A DNA stretch of 64,000 nt, from NCBI GenBank assembly GCA_053919585.1, contig CM132812.1; one strand, given 5' to 3'. Origin of the DNA: Euprymna scolopes (Eukaryota). Shown here piece by piece: positions 63,883 to 64,000 of this stretch; the first letter of the stretch is position 1; every line of letters starts with the position of its first letter. Both the position numbers and the translations under genes were made by a program. The notes below the pieces were generated by a model. The model was given only the letters and a program-made list of their open reading frames with translations, did no database searches and was not told the DNA's origin.

Positions 63883-63954
63883 GCCGCCAATAGCGTAATG
63901 GTTAGAAGCCTTGACTGCCGTATAAACGGTCGGGTTTCAATCCTGGCTTGAGGT
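63883..63954 (+). ncRNA. tRNA-derived SINE-like head (Pol III A and B boxes); not a functional tRNA
   Basis: A box TAGCGTAATGG 63891-63901; B-box-like GGGTTTCAATCC 63932-63943; acceptor and anticodon stems imperfect. Confidence 0.65.
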
Positions 63955-63960
63955 AGTTGC

Positions 63961-64000
63961 CTGTCTAGCCGCACTGATGAGCTGTGAAACAGCGAAACAG
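63961..64000 (+). ncRNA. Hammerhead ribozyme core (cut by the window end)
   Basis: CTGATGA 63974-63980, stem II GCTGT/ACAGC, GAAA 63994-63997, CAG. Confidence 0.75.

Noticed and set aside
63883-63954. Functional tRNA gene
   Set aside because: Acceptor and anticodon stems do not pair properly and the T-loop is altered.

Overview
AT-rich, microsatellite-rich invertebrate animal genomic DNA (mollusc/cephalopod-like by composition; inference only) with four assembly gaps. The window is the interior of one large + strand gene, a PARP14-like RRM/KH/triple-macrodomain protein. Nine exons (5326-58274, about 1000 codons) can be joined with consistent GT-AG phases; start codon, WWE and catalytic PARP exons are not seen. 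The largest exon has a 1-nt frameshift near 9797. Introns are dominated by nested TEs: a young two-LTR Gypsy-order element (11872-16506), a decayed relative (33873-35347), a Mag-like Gypsy fragment, a GalEa-like copia, two mariners, Tc1 and hAT relics, MITEs, Helitron-like repeats, CR1/Jockey-group, RTE and R4-like LINEs, and Penelope-like fragments with hammerhead motifs. Most notable: (1) both related Gypsy-order elements lack a normal TGG primer-binding site and instead carry, abutting the 5' LTR, a motif complementary to the 5' end of tRNA-Phe; (2) a tRNA-headed SINE-like unit is followed directly by an intact hammerhead ribozyme core at the window end; (3) an intact -1 frameshift cassette sits between gag and pol; (4) there are long intronic inverted repeats. 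All calls come from manual reading; TE boundaries without TIR/TSD support are approximate.
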